Virus record (IMG/VR): IMGVR_UViG_3300029812_000193
Length of the DNA: 64,000 bases
DNA from: a virus
Strand: one strand, 5' to 3'
A program made the translations under genes and the position numbers. Under the pieces are notes generated by a model. The model was not told where the DNA came from. It was given only the letters and a program-made list of their open reading frames with translations, and did not search any database. Of the stretch, positions 51,171 to 60,156 are shown one piece after another. The stretch's first letter is position 1. The number at the start of each line of letters is the position of its first letter.

Positions 51171-51453
51171 CGTAGAGCCAGTGACGTGCACGCCAGAGGC
51201 GGTACGCAATGGGAGATGCGAGCTGACTCTTTATACATCCGAAACGTGCGAGCACTGCGGACCTGTCAGGGATGCTTTGAACGAGCTGGACATCCCGTAC
51301 ACGGAATTACCCGCGAGTCCAGAGGCTAAAGAAGAATACGAGCTGGCCGTGCTGCCCACAATCGTGGCAACATCCGAGAAGGGGTGTGTTAAGATTACTG
51401 GGTCGAAATCAAAAGAAGATATTCTATTAGAGCTCAAAAACCTAGAGGTCTGA
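51160..51453 (+). CDS. Glutaredoxin/thioredoxin-like protein
   Basis: LYTSETCEHC, LPTIV, ITGS. Confidence 0.78.
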   Translation: MVNDVEPVTCTPEAVRNGRCELTLYTSETCEHCGPVRDALNELDIPYTELPASPEAKEEYELAVLPTIVATSEKGCVKITGSKSKEDILLELKNLEV

Positions 51454-51475
51454 CCCTCGCTCTAGTGGGGCGGAT

Positions 51476-52333
51476 ATGGAACTACCTACAGCAACTATCG
51501 AAAGTATCATTAATTACCTATATCAGGTTGTAGCTGGCATATTCACCCTGGCATTTATTGGTTCGGCCATGGGCATCGTAGACACGTGGCTGACCGCCAA
51601 CCCCCCAGTCCAGGCTGCCGCGCCCTGGTACTGCGAGATATTCGCGTACGTCTGGGCATACTCTAATACGATTCTCGCCTTCCTGCTCGCCTTCCTCTTT
51701 TTGGGCTTGTTCATAAGGAATGTGCTACTTAGAGCTGGTGCGGCCCTGGTTCCCGCCCTGTTCTTCTTCCTGCTCCCAATACCGTCAACGCAGACCTACG
51801 ACATCGTGCTCGGGTCGGTGTCTGGTCTTCTGACGTACTTTACCCACGCCCCCGTAATCAACAGCCTCGCCACCCTGTTTCTGGTCATCTGCACCGTGAT
51901 ATTCCTCTGGTACGTGTTCAGGCCAGGCACGTCCGTAATCGGTCAGGCGCTCGCTCTCCTGCTCGCGTGCGCGTTCGCAGCCATCTACATAGACCACATC
52001 GCCCTGGAGCCGACGGTGGAGTCTGGAGCGGTGGTGGCCCTGGTGCTGATTGCCTTCACGCTAATTTATTTGATATTCTATATAATAGTCCAAGTAATAG
52101 CAAAGGCGTACGAGATTGCAACTATGAGAGAGCTCTACCAGTTTTCACTGTCTGCAGTAGCGCTCGTATTTGCTACAATCTATTGTATCTCCTATAGTAT
52201 ATACGGCCCAATCGGGACCGCAATCGCCCTCATTATGCTCGTCGTCTGGAGTGTGTTGAAGGCCAGGATGGGGGAGAAGGCGAAAGAGGTACGCGCAGCA
52301 GACCGCGTGATTCAAAAGATAAAGGGATTGTGA
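51476..52333 (+). CDS. Multi-pass membrane protein
   Basis: About 8 hydrophobic helices. Confidence 0.65.
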   Translation: MELPTATIESIINYLYQVVAGIFTLAFIGSAMGIVDTWLTANPPVQAAAPWYCEIFAYVWAYSNTILAFLLAFLFLGLFIRNVLLRAGAALVPALFFFLLPIPSTQTYDIVLGSVSGLLTYFTHAPVINSLATLFLVICTVIFLWYVFRPGTSVIGQALALLLACAFAAIYIDHIALEPTVESGAVVALVLIAFTLIYLIFYIIVQVIAKAYEIATMRELYQFSLSAVALVFATIYCISYSIYGPIGTAIALIMLVVWSVLKARMGEKAKEVRAADRVIQKIKGL

Positions 52334-52546
52334 CCCTTATGTTCTACGATTTGGTTGCTCCGATATGCATAATCAGTATAGTCATCCTCGTGGCGTACGG
52401 CCTGTATTGCATCCTCAAGAGGGGCAGGGCATAAGCACCGTATACGTTAAACTACGTTAAACTAAATCAGCGTATACGGAGAAGCACAAACTATTTTTAC
52501 TTAAATCTTATTAGTGTATACGGATAGTGTATACGGAGATGGTGAA

Positions 52547-53242
52547 ATGACTCGGTACAAATGTCCAAACTGTGGAAACTGGGTGAGACCCCTCTACTAC
52601 CGCGATTACAACGAGCGCAAGAAGAGCGGGGTGTTCAGATGGTCGGAATACGGCATATGCAACGAACATGGTGTCGTAATTCCAGAAATGAGAACCAAGT
52701 TAAATGAGTGTGAAAAGATAGCCAGGGAATGGTTATCTCAAAAATATGGCAGAGTCGAGAGGATAACCCAAGCAGGAATGCCTGACTTTCTTGCTGGCGG
52801 ACTGTACTTTGAGGTGAAAAGAAAATACGGAAACAATACGTTACACTTTACCAAGAAGCAGATGGAGATGTTTCGTGATTTAGACCCTAATATCATCGTT
52901 GTGTCTGATGGCGAAATTGAAAACAACATTAGGTTCTCTGATGTACCACGGTTGTATAACATATATGAAGCTGACGACTCTATGCAAGTAAAACTGAATG
53001 ACCGTTTAGTAGTGCCGCTCAAGGGAATGGTGGACGGCATCGAGTACGTAAATGTCGCGCAGATAGTGAACAAGGCCGTGGCAGAGTATGTCCAAAGGCG
53101 AGAGCAATCCAATAAATCTAAACAATCCACCGAAGACCCAGACTTAGAGCGCCGAATCGAAGAGAAACGCAGATATATACATGAAGCGAGGAAGCGAAAA
53201 CCAAAAGACCCGCTTGACAAGATAAAACCAACGCGCTGGTAG
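52547..53242 (+). CDS. PD-(D/E)XK nuclease-like protein with an N-terminal Zn finger
   Basis: CPNCG...CNEH; GMPDFLAGGLYFEVKRK; the stop codon lies inside the tRNA-Gly 5' end. Confidence 0.58.
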   Translation: MTRYKCPNCGNWVRPLYYRDYNERKKSGVFRWSEYGICNEHGVVIPEMRTKLNECEKIAREWLSQKYGRVERITQAGMPDFLAGGLYFEVKRKYGNNTLHFTKKQMEMFRDLDPNIIVVSDGEIENNIRFSDVPRLYNIYEADDSMQVKLNDRLVVPLKGMVDGIEYVNVAQIVNKAVAEYVQRREQSNKSKQSTEDPDLERRIEEKRRYIHEARKRKPKDPLDKIKPTRW

Positions 53243-53304
53243 TGTAGCGGTTATCACGGTGATTTGCCAGACCATAAACTCAGGTTCAAATCCTGACCAG
53301 CGCA
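53233..53304 (+). tRNA. tRNA-Gly (GCC)
   Basis: Acceptor GCGCTGG/CCAGCGC, D arm GTG/CAC, anticodon loop TTGCCAG, T arm TCAGG-TTCAAAT-CCTGA. Confidence 0.9.
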
Positions 53305-53305
53305 T

Positions 53306-54658
53306 GTAAACTACCCACTACTAAAGTAGTGGGCTTTCCATAGGAGTCGATTGAATATGTTGCGAACACTCAACCGAAACCGCATCTGGACGGACGGGAT
53401 AGTTTACGGTATCCCCACTCGCAGAATTCTGGACAGAAGAAGTTGGTGTACCGACTTGAGTCCGCTCTGCGAGCAATTTGGCGATGTTCACGCTTGCATT
53501 CCTATCTGCATTAACGGTGAACCCGCATTCACACTTGAAGATACTGCCGTTCCTCGAACCACGTTTACCACACCTAGAACAGTTTTTGGATGTGTGCCTT
53601 GGGCTGATTGCTTGGACATCGATGCCGTTCTGCCACGCAACGCTCTCAAGAGCGGTTCTGAAGACATGGTAGGGCATTCTCTTGACCTTCCTGTCGGACT
53701 TTCTCGAAAGCTTGGAGTTGTTGAGATGTTTGAGGTCTTCGATGGCAATCGTGCAATCGTGTTCCCTTGCGAGACTGACTATTTCGTGGGCGACTTGGTA
53801 GCATCTCGTCTTGGTAAAGTTGGTCTCATAACCCCTCAATCTATCCAGTGCTCGCCGAGCTTTGCTGGACTGCTTGGATTGGAGCTTAGACCTCCTTATA
53901 CCAATATCACGCTTGACCTGGGCAACGTCTCTACCAAAGTAGAGCTGCCTCAAGATGTGACCGTTAATCGGGTTATAGATGCTGATGGTAGCAAGGGTAG
54001 CGACTCCAACATCAACACCGAGAACATTTTTACCCCCAGAAACTTCAAATTCCTTCTTAAGAGTTACATGCACAACCCATTTGCCATGCTTCTTAAGAAG
54101 TTGGAACTGCGTAAAGCTGTAGCCCCCTTCAAGAAACGCATTAAATCGTTCATAGCCCCCATCCTGCTTAACGGGAAGCCCGACACGACCATCGAGAGTG
54201 GAAACAGAGATGATTGGGTTGCCTCGCTTGGATGTCTTAAAAGAGCCAGAACGGGGAACGTTATACGTAATTGGAACCTGCTTAAATCCATTGTTCTTAT
54301 GATTCCGTTTTGCCCAGACATCCCTGCGTGCATCTTGGATAAGCTGGGACTGAAGCTTGGATTTCGCTCGGATAGAAGCATAGGTGAGGTGATGTAGATT
54401 GATAGAAGATTTAGGCTTTCTGGATTTAAAAAATAAGAGAGTTTCATTGGCAACTGATAGGTACTCCTCAGACGTTTCAGAGAGCAAACGCTCTTTAACA
54501 TGCGTCAGAGGGAGCAGATTCAATCCAACGGTCTTAACTACAGTTCTCAATGCGGTACACCGTGTCTTATATTGGTTTAAGGACTTAAAAAGCTATCGGA
54601 GGTGGAAGTGCTAATTCCTCCCACGGCTAAAGCCGTGGGTTTCCTTAGCACAGTTATC
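53306..54658 (-). mobile_element. tnpB-only IS200/IS605-group (IS1341-like) element
   Basis: Left-end hairpin CCCACGGCTTTAGCCGTGGG within a GTGCTAA/TTAGCAC inverted repeat; right-end hairpin CCCACTACTTTAGTAGTGGG then TAGTTTAC; boundaries ambiguous within a CATG microrepeat. Confidence 0.85.
53321..54550 (-). CDS. tnpB: TnpB RNA-guided endonuclease
   Basis: GVDVG, IAIEDL, CSRCG/CECG, NADRNASVNI. Confidence 0.93.
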   Translation of the reverse strand: MRTVVKTVGLNLLPLTHVKERLLSETSEEYLSVANETLLFFKSRKPKSSINLHHLTYASIRAKSKLQSQLIQDARRDVWAKRNHKNNGFKQVPITYNVPRSGSFKTSKRGNPIISVSTLDGRVGLPVKQDGGYERFNAFLEGGYSFTQFQLLKKHGKWVVHVTLKKEFEVSGGKNVLGVDVGVATLATISIYNPINGHILRQLYFGRDVAQVKRDIGIRRSKLQSKQSSKARRALDRLRGYETNFTKTRCYQVAHEIVSLAREHDCTIAIEDLKHLNNSKLSRKSDRKVKRMPYHVFRTALESVAWQNGIDVQAISPRHTSKNCSRCGKRGSRNGSIFKCECGFTVNADRNASVNIAKLLAERTQVGTPTSSVQNSASGDTVNYPVRPDAVSVECSQHIQSTPMESPLL

Positions 54659-54826
54659 ATGAGTAAAATTAGTCATCGGAGAGTTCACACGTTCACGCGA
54701 GATGAGTTAATCGGACACGTAAAAGATGGCGATGAAGTTGGAGAGAAAATAACAGAAGTAGAGTTAGAGTTTCTGAGGTCGCTAAAAGAGGGTGTTTTTT
54801 ATGGTGAGCGCACATCAAGACTATGA
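54659..54826 (+). CDS. 55-aa hypothetical protein
   Basis: MSKISHRR...; ATG lies at the IS left boundary. Confidence 0.4.
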   Translation: MSKISHRRVHTFTRDELIGHVKDGDEVGEKITEVELEFLRSLKEGVFYGERTSRL

Positions 54827-55211
54827 GAAACACGTAGGCAAGGAATTTTCAAGGGCTGGCTGGAGTGTCAATAGTGATGTTAGATTAGGGAGACGGCAGA
54901 TAGACCACATCGCAGAGCGCCGCAGGTTATTCAGCAAAGATAAGAGGATGGTCGAGGCGAAGGACTACGCTAATAGAGTTGGAGTGCGAGATGTTGGAGC
55001 GGAGTTTTCAAAGTACCAGGATTTGAAGGATTCGCTGGGCGTCAAAGGTCTGGTTGTTGCATCGCCCGCTGGATTTACGAGGGGCGCAGTGGATTTCGCG
55101 AGGAAACACCCAGATGTCGAGCTGGTTATGGTGGAGCGCCCGAAAAGATGGTGGTGGGCGTGGGTTGCTGTTATGGTGCTCGTTTCCATTGCAATTCTTT
55201 TTTTGGTGTGA
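54792..55211 (+). CDS. Mrr-like restriction endonuclease domain with a C-terminal TM helix
   Basis: YEKHVG, QIDHIA, VEAKDY, VGVRDV, GFTRGA; WWWAWVAVMVLVSIAILFLV tail. Confidence 0.75.
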   Translation: MFFMVSAHQDYEKHVGKEFSRAGWSVNSDVRLGRRQIDHIAERRRLFSKDKRMVEAKDYANRVGVRDVGAEFSKYQDLKDSLGVKGLVVASPAGFTRGAVDFARKHPDVELVMVERPKRWWWAWVAVMVLVSIAILFLV

Positions 55212-55317
55212 GGGTTGCCAACCTAAATACTAGTTCGTCTATTCTTTAAATGCTCAAGAGTCCACCTCTAGAGTAGAGGAGTGGGTCGGCTGAATTGCTT
55301 ACCCTCTCCTCTCAATT

Positions 55318-55333
55318 GTCACAGGTGGGTGAA
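55318..55333 (-). repeat. 17-bp box in reverse orientation upstream of the origin-like region
   Basis: GTCACAGGTGGGTGAA. Confidence 0.9.
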
Positions 55334-55399
55334 ATATAGGGGCACTGCGAACATTGAAACTGCGAACATTGAAACGATGATTTTTTTCTAAACACGTAG

Positions 55400-56100
55400 A
55401 GGCGACTTGATAGTTCTGCATGAGAAGTGAAAGGAGCCCGTAGAGGGGAGATTTGCATGAGAAATCATGTGACAAATATGTCACAAAGGCAATGCTATAG
55501 CATGATGTTCACATTCACGCAACACACACACATGTGACTTCCTATGCAACTCGCGAGAGGGTGGGTATTATATTTTGTAAACCACTCAATAGTTTACAAT
55601 TGAGGAAAGCGATATATAAAGATTTGTTTTACTATATATACTTTTGATATTTATTATATATACTTTACGAAAAACTTATATACTATATACTATATATACT
55701 ATATATACTATATATACTATATATACTATACTATACTATACTATACTAATCATATATTATGTATACCAACCACTACTTTACTCTAGACCTACCCATACAT
55801 TTTCGTTCTGCATGCGAAACCACATGTGTGTGTGGTTGAAAAAGAAAAATCCCTTCGCTATCCTTTGATTACCTACATTTCCACTGGATTCTTAAAAAAT
55901 ATCAGAATGCTTTTATCACAAAACCCCATCGCCATCCTTTGATTTCACTTTTTGCGCATGCAACTTGCGACCCCACACATATGACTTCCTATGCAAAATT
56001 ACTTGAGTTTATGGGCTCGCATGTTGCCGATTTTTTAGTGATTTCTTGCATAGGAAATTTAAAGACCTCAATTCGCTCAATTTCATAAGGTATATATACC
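55400..56100. other. Putative replication origin next to cdc6
   Basis: AT-rich (TATATAC)n core at 55677-55747 flanked by a 14-bp inverted repeat (55523-55536/55821-55834); TGACTTCCTATGCAA boxes at 55535 and 55982, inverted partial copy at 56046. Confidence 0.65.
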
Positions 56101-56101
56101 T

Positions 56102-57331
56102 GTGCTTCCTATGGCTTCCTATGGGAACATGGAACAGACAGAAGACATCATAGAAAAAAGACTCGCATCTACGATTTTTCTGAATAAGAGGACTCTATAC
56201 CACACCTACGTTCCCGAAGTTCTACCGCACAGGCACCAGCAGATAAGCGACATTGTTGACATCCTCGTTGACATTCTCAGGGGGTACCCACCAGCCAACA
56301 TTATGATATACGGCAAACCAGGCACAGGAAAGACAGTCGTTGCCAAGCACGTCAGCGAAGAAATACGCATGGCCGCAAATAAGCGCAAAAAAGAGGCAAA
56401 TATTCACTACATATCATGCGCAGACGCCAACACGACGTTCAAGGTTCTCACGACCATAGCGCGCACGCTGGACATAGGAAAACTGCCCCACAGCACCAGC
56501 GACTACCGTACGACGATAAGGGATGCCGTGCACGAAAAGTCGATTGTAATGATGGTCATCTTGGACGAAGTCGACAAGCTAATCAAGAGGAGTGGCGACG
56601 ACGCCTTGTACTACCTGTCCAGACTCGAAGGCATCTCGCTTATGGGCATCACGAACGACATCAAGATTATGGACTCTTCTATGGTTGGCGCCGACACCAA
56701 AAGCTCACTACTGGAGCGGGAGATAATCTTTCCCCCTTATAATGCGGACCAGTTGAGAGACATACTTGAGCAGCGGGCAGAAATGGCGTTCAAGCAGGGC
56801 ACACTCGAACCATCAACCATTCCCCTGTGCGCGGCATTCGCTGCCAAGGAGCACGGGGACGCGAGAAAGGCACTCGACCTGCTGAGGGTTGCAGGCGAGA
56901 TTGCAGAAAACTCAGGGCACGCCACGGTTACCGAGGAGCACGTCAGGCAGGCAGAGGACAAAATCGAGATGGATAGAGTATCAGCAGTCGTGCGCGACCT
57001 GCCGTTGCACGCCAAGCTCGTCCTTTACGCCATCCTCTTGTGCGACGGTAAGGATACTACCACTGGAAACATATTCAAAATATACAAGCGCACGTGCAAA
57101 CAGATAGGCGAGCACAACCTGACACAGCGCAGTATAACGGACACAATCTCAGAACTCAACACGCTCGGCATCATCAGCGCGGATATGGTGTACAGGGGCA
57201 AGTACGGCAGGACCAGGGAGATTAAGAGCGAGGTTCCAGTTGAACAAACTAAATACAAGCTCCTTGAGGATGACGATTTGAAGCCATTGGCTGGACTGGC
57301 GTTTAACAAGCAGGCCAAGTTGGTAGTGTAG
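56102..57331 (+). CDS. cdc6: Orc1/Cdc6 replication initiator (copy 2)
   Basis: YVPEVLPHR, YGKPGTGKT, ILDEVDKL, GITND, FPPYN, HGDARKALDLL, wHTH GKYGRTREI; the true start may be a later Met. Confidence 0.95.
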   Translation: MLPMASYGNMEQTEDIIEKRLASTIFLNKRTLYHTYVPEVLPHRHQQISDIVDILVDILRGYPPANIMIYGKPGTGKTVVAKHVSEEIRMAANKRKKEANIHYISCADANTTFKVLTTIARTLDIGKLPHSTSDYRTTIRDAVHEKSIVMMVILDEVDKLIKRSGDDALYYLSRLEGISLMGITNDIKIMDSSMVGADTKSSLLEREIIFPPYNADQLRDILEQRAEMAFKQGTLEPSTIPLCAAFAAKEHGDARKALDLLRVAGEIAENSGHATVTEEHVRQAEDKIEMDRVSAVVRDLPLHAKLVLYAILLCDGKDTTTGNIFKIYKRTCKQIGEHNLTQRSITDTISELNTLGIISADMVYRGKYGRTREIKSEVPVEQTKYKLLEDDDLKPLAGLAFNKQAKLVV

Positions 57332-57347
57332 GTGTCATTGCAAAATT

Positions 57348-57363
57348 ATCACACGTGGGCGAA
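57348..57363 (-). repeat. 17-bp box in reverse orientation just after the cdc6 stop
   Basis: ATCACACGTGGGCGAA. Confidence 0.9.
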
Positions 57364-57509
57364 GAATACGTATAGGGATGTTTGGATGTTTAAATCATAC
57401 CGTTTTTACCACCCAGGAGGAGAGTGATTATAATGCCACCCCACATGACGCCCGACCTTAGAAAGTTCCTCCTCAAGTGCTGGGACTTCGCTGGCACCGA
57501 GACGTTCAC

Positions 57510-58836
57510 GACTCCTGTCGCAAAGGAAGCCCACGCCCTTCAGGGGTGGGAGGAATTTGCGACCATAAAGCATTTAAGTATTCGATGACATTATAAACAT
57601 AGGTGTTAGGATGGAAGTCATTAAATCTATAACGTTGAATCTGCTTGAGCCAACTATGGTCAAGCGTGAGAAGTTGGCAGAGCTTGAGCAAAGGTACAAA
57701 GATGCCCTCTCCTTCGTTGTTTCCCAGGATATTAAAGCCAGCAGAATCAAGCTCCAATCTAGATTTTATAAAGATGTCAGAGAGTTCGGGCTCCATAGCC
57801 AGATAGCCAACGACCTCTTCAAGGATGCTGTGGCAATTCTTAACAATGGTGGAAAAGTCAGGAGGGTTACGATACCCTACAACATCCCAAGGAGCGGGAA
57901 ATTCGCCACCACCAAGCATGGAAATCCTGTTATCTCCATCGCAACCCTCGATGGGAGGATAGTCATACCAGTCGCCATGGACGGTGCCTATGAGCGATAT
58001 GAAGGGCTGTTGAAGCAGGGGTATGAAACCACCTTCTTCAGACTTAATCATTCCAAAATTCATGTCACTCTCAAGAAAGACTTTGAGATAGGGGAGGACT
58101 ACGATGCCGTTCTCGGTGTTGATGTTGGAGTTAAAAGGCTGGCAGCTGTCTCCATAATCAATCGAGGGGGCAGAATTCTCAAGCAACTCTATCTCGGTCA
58201 AGACGTGGGCGACAGACAGAGAGACACAGACCTTAGAAGGAGCAAGCTCAGAGGGCACGCCGATAAAGGAAGCAGATACGCCAAGCAAGCCCTCAGAAGG
58301 CTCAGGAAAAGAGAGAGCAACTACACCACCACACGGTGCTGGCAGGTCGCACATGAAATCGTCGAGCTTGCCGAGAAATACAACGCCTTCATCGCCATCG
58401 AAGACCTCAAGCATCTCAAGGATGCCAAGGGCAACAGGAAAGGCAACCGCAAGAGCAAGAGGATGCCCTACCATAAATTTAGAGTGGCACTCGAATCCGT
58501 GGCTGGGCAGAACAACAGGCTCGTAGTTGCGGTATATCCCAGAGGAACATCGCACATCTGCTCCAGATGCGGAATGAAAGGCAGCAGGAACAAGGGGTAC
58601 TTCAGATGCCCAAATTGCGGGTATGAGGCAAATAGTGATAGAAACGCCTCCGTGAACGTCGCCATCAGGGCTGGCACAAGCCATCCTAACACCTTGGCTT
58701 TTTTCGCCAAGATTCCTGATGGAAACCTGTCGGTCAACGCAGGAGATTTTGTCCATGACGGGGTTGGTATAAGATGCTTGCAGCATTCGTATCATCTCCG
58801 AGACAAGCCCACATGCTTTAGCTGTGGGTAGTTGAC
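57510..58836 (+). mobile_element. tnpB-only IS200/IS605-group element
   Basis: Left-end hairpin CCCACGCCCTTCAGGGGTGGG within GTCGCAAA/TTTGCGAC; right end CCCACATGCTTTAGCTGTGGGTAGTTGAC; inserted after TTCAC. Confidence 0.88.
57611..58831 (+). CDS. tnpB: TnpB RNA-guided endonuclease
   Basis: GVDVG, IAIEDL, CSRCG/CPNCG, NSDRNASVNV. Confidence 0.93.
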   Translation: MEVIKSITLNLLEPTMVKREKLAELEQRYKDALSFVVSQDIKASRIKLQSRFYKDVREFGLHSQIANDLFKDAVAILNNGGKVRRVTIPYNIPRSGKFATTKHGNPVISIATLDGRIVIPVAMDGAYERYEGLLKQGYETTFFRLNHSKIHVTLKKDFEIGEDYDAVLGVDVGVKRLAAVSIINRGGRILKQLYLGQDVGDRQRDTDLRRSKLRGHADKGSRYAKQALRRLRKRESNYTTTRCWQVAHEIVELAEKYNAFIAIEDLKHLKDAKGNRKGNRKSKRMPYHKFRVALESVAGQNNRLVVAVYPRGTSHICSRCGMKGSRNKGYFRCPNCGYEANSDRNASVNVAIRAGTSHPNTLAFFAKIPDGNLSVNAGDFVHDGVGIRCLQHSYHLRDKPTCFSCG

Positions 58837-58982
58837 GTACGGCGACATCGACCCAGCTCCACGCAGGCACTGGAGGGTATTCCAGAAGGCATACACCGAT
58901 GGATGGATAGGGTGTGTTGGACGGCAGGGACATTTCAAGCGTCTGTGGAAGCTGACCCAGAGGACGATTCAGCAGATAGGAG

Positions 58983-59507
58983 TTGAGTGAGATGTTTAGA
59001 GCAACAGGTAAAGAATATTACAAAATCTATGATGTGAATTCAGTTCTGCAAACGATGCGAAAGTTCGCTTCACAACAAGGATATTATATATATCCTCATG
59101 AAATCTCCGTTTATTTTCATGGGTTTGCTGACCTTGCTTGTATGAATTATCATGAAAAGCTTTATGCATTCGAGATTAAAGAGAAGGGCGACAGCATCTC
59201 AACGGGAATCGAGCAATGCAAAGGTTATCAATCTTCTTTTGATTATGTCTATCTGGCTGGAACAGTAAAGCCACGAAAAGAGACGCTGATGAGGCTGGAA
59301 CGGCTTGGTATAGGTTATGTTCAGTGTGTCATAGATGATAGTGTAGCTACTATCCACTGTTTATGTAAGGCCCCTTTAAATCATCCGATTCCAAAACAAA
59401 GAGAGAGTGTCCTTCAAAGATTCAAAAAAATGCGTGATAAGATGGTAAAGGCCAGGGGCGAGAAAACTCAAAATTCTCTTTCTGATTTCGTGGAGGCGGT
59501 CCAATGA
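58983..59507 (+). CDS. PD-(D/E)XK nuclease-like protein
   Basis: HEI...ADL...YAFEIK...GIEQCKGYQSSFDYVYL. Confidence 0.6.
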   Translation: MSEMFRATGKEYYKIYDVNSVLQTMRKFASQQGYYIYPHEISVYFHGFADLACMNYHEKLYAFEIKEKGDSISTGIEQCKGYQSSFDYVYLAGTVKPRKETLMRLERLGIGYVQCVIDDSVATIHCLCKAPLNHPIPKQRESVLQRFKKMRDKMVKARGEKTQNSLSDFVEAVQ

Positions 59508-59520
59508 ACTACGCCAACGC

Positions 59521-60156
59521 ATGGCGATACGTGTGCCCAGGATGCGGAGGAAGGCAGTATCGGCACAGGACTACGAAGAAGCCCAGATACGTCTGCGATG
59601 GTTGTGGTGCAGAGTTCGACGTGCCGAGGGATTTGAAGGTGGAGGCATCACGATTATGACCGCATCCAATAAACCCATACCAAACAAGGGCAAGGATGGA
59701 AAATGCACCCTGTGTGGGGCTAGGCATCGGTCTGAGCGTACTTTTCGCTATTGTAAAGCAAAACATGAATTTCAAAGGAAAATAAAAAAGTTGGAAAATG
59801 CTAGTAAGAATGGCACAAGAGAAGAGTGGATTAAGGATTGGGACCTAATACGTGGTTGGTATTGGCCGCAATTAAAAGATGCTATTAAAGAGAGGGATGG
59901 GGGGAAATGTGTTAGATGTGGAAGTAATGGGACAGAAACAACGTATGGGGAAGATTGGACGTGGCTCCGTCTTGATGTTCATCACATAATCCCCCGTTCT
60001 CAGGGTGGTAGTGACCACCCTAAAAACCTCATGACACAATGTTTTGATTGCCACAAAGAAACGTTTGAGAACATTGATTCTAGGATTTTGGCTGGCTTGA
60101 ATTTATTGTTACCCATGGAAGATTTAAACCAAAGGACGCTTAGGGAGGGTTGGTAA
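59521..60156 (+). CDS. HNH endonuclease
   Basis: RDGGKCVRCG...LDVHHIIPRSQGGSDHPKNLMTQCFDCH. Confidence 0.87.
   Translation: MAIRVPRMRRKAVSAQDYEEAQIRLRWLWCRVRRAEGFEGGGITIMTASNKPIPNKGKDGKCTLCGARHRSERTFRYCKAKHEFQRKIKKLENASKNGTREEWIKDWDLIRGWYWPQLKDAIKERDGGKCVRCGSNGTETTYGEDWTWLRLDVHHIIPRSQGGSDHPKNLMTQCFDCHKETFENIDSRILAGLNLLLPMEDLNQRTLREGW

Larger units (their letters stand above)
57433..58990 (+). pseudogene. 76-aa gene split by the IS insertion
   Basis: Removing 57510-58836 rejoins MPPHMTPDLRKFLLKCWDFAGTETFT with YGDIDPAPRRHWRVFQKAYTDGWIG... in frame to TGA 58988-58990. Confidence 0.7.

Noticed and set aside
53351-54397. 348-aa plus-strand ORF
   Set aside because: Antisense shadow of tnpB
55644-55868. 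74-aa ORF rich in YTI
   Set aside because: Translation of the AT microsatellite in the origin-like region
57506-58933. 475-aa minus-strand ORF
   Set aside because: Antisense shadow of tnpB
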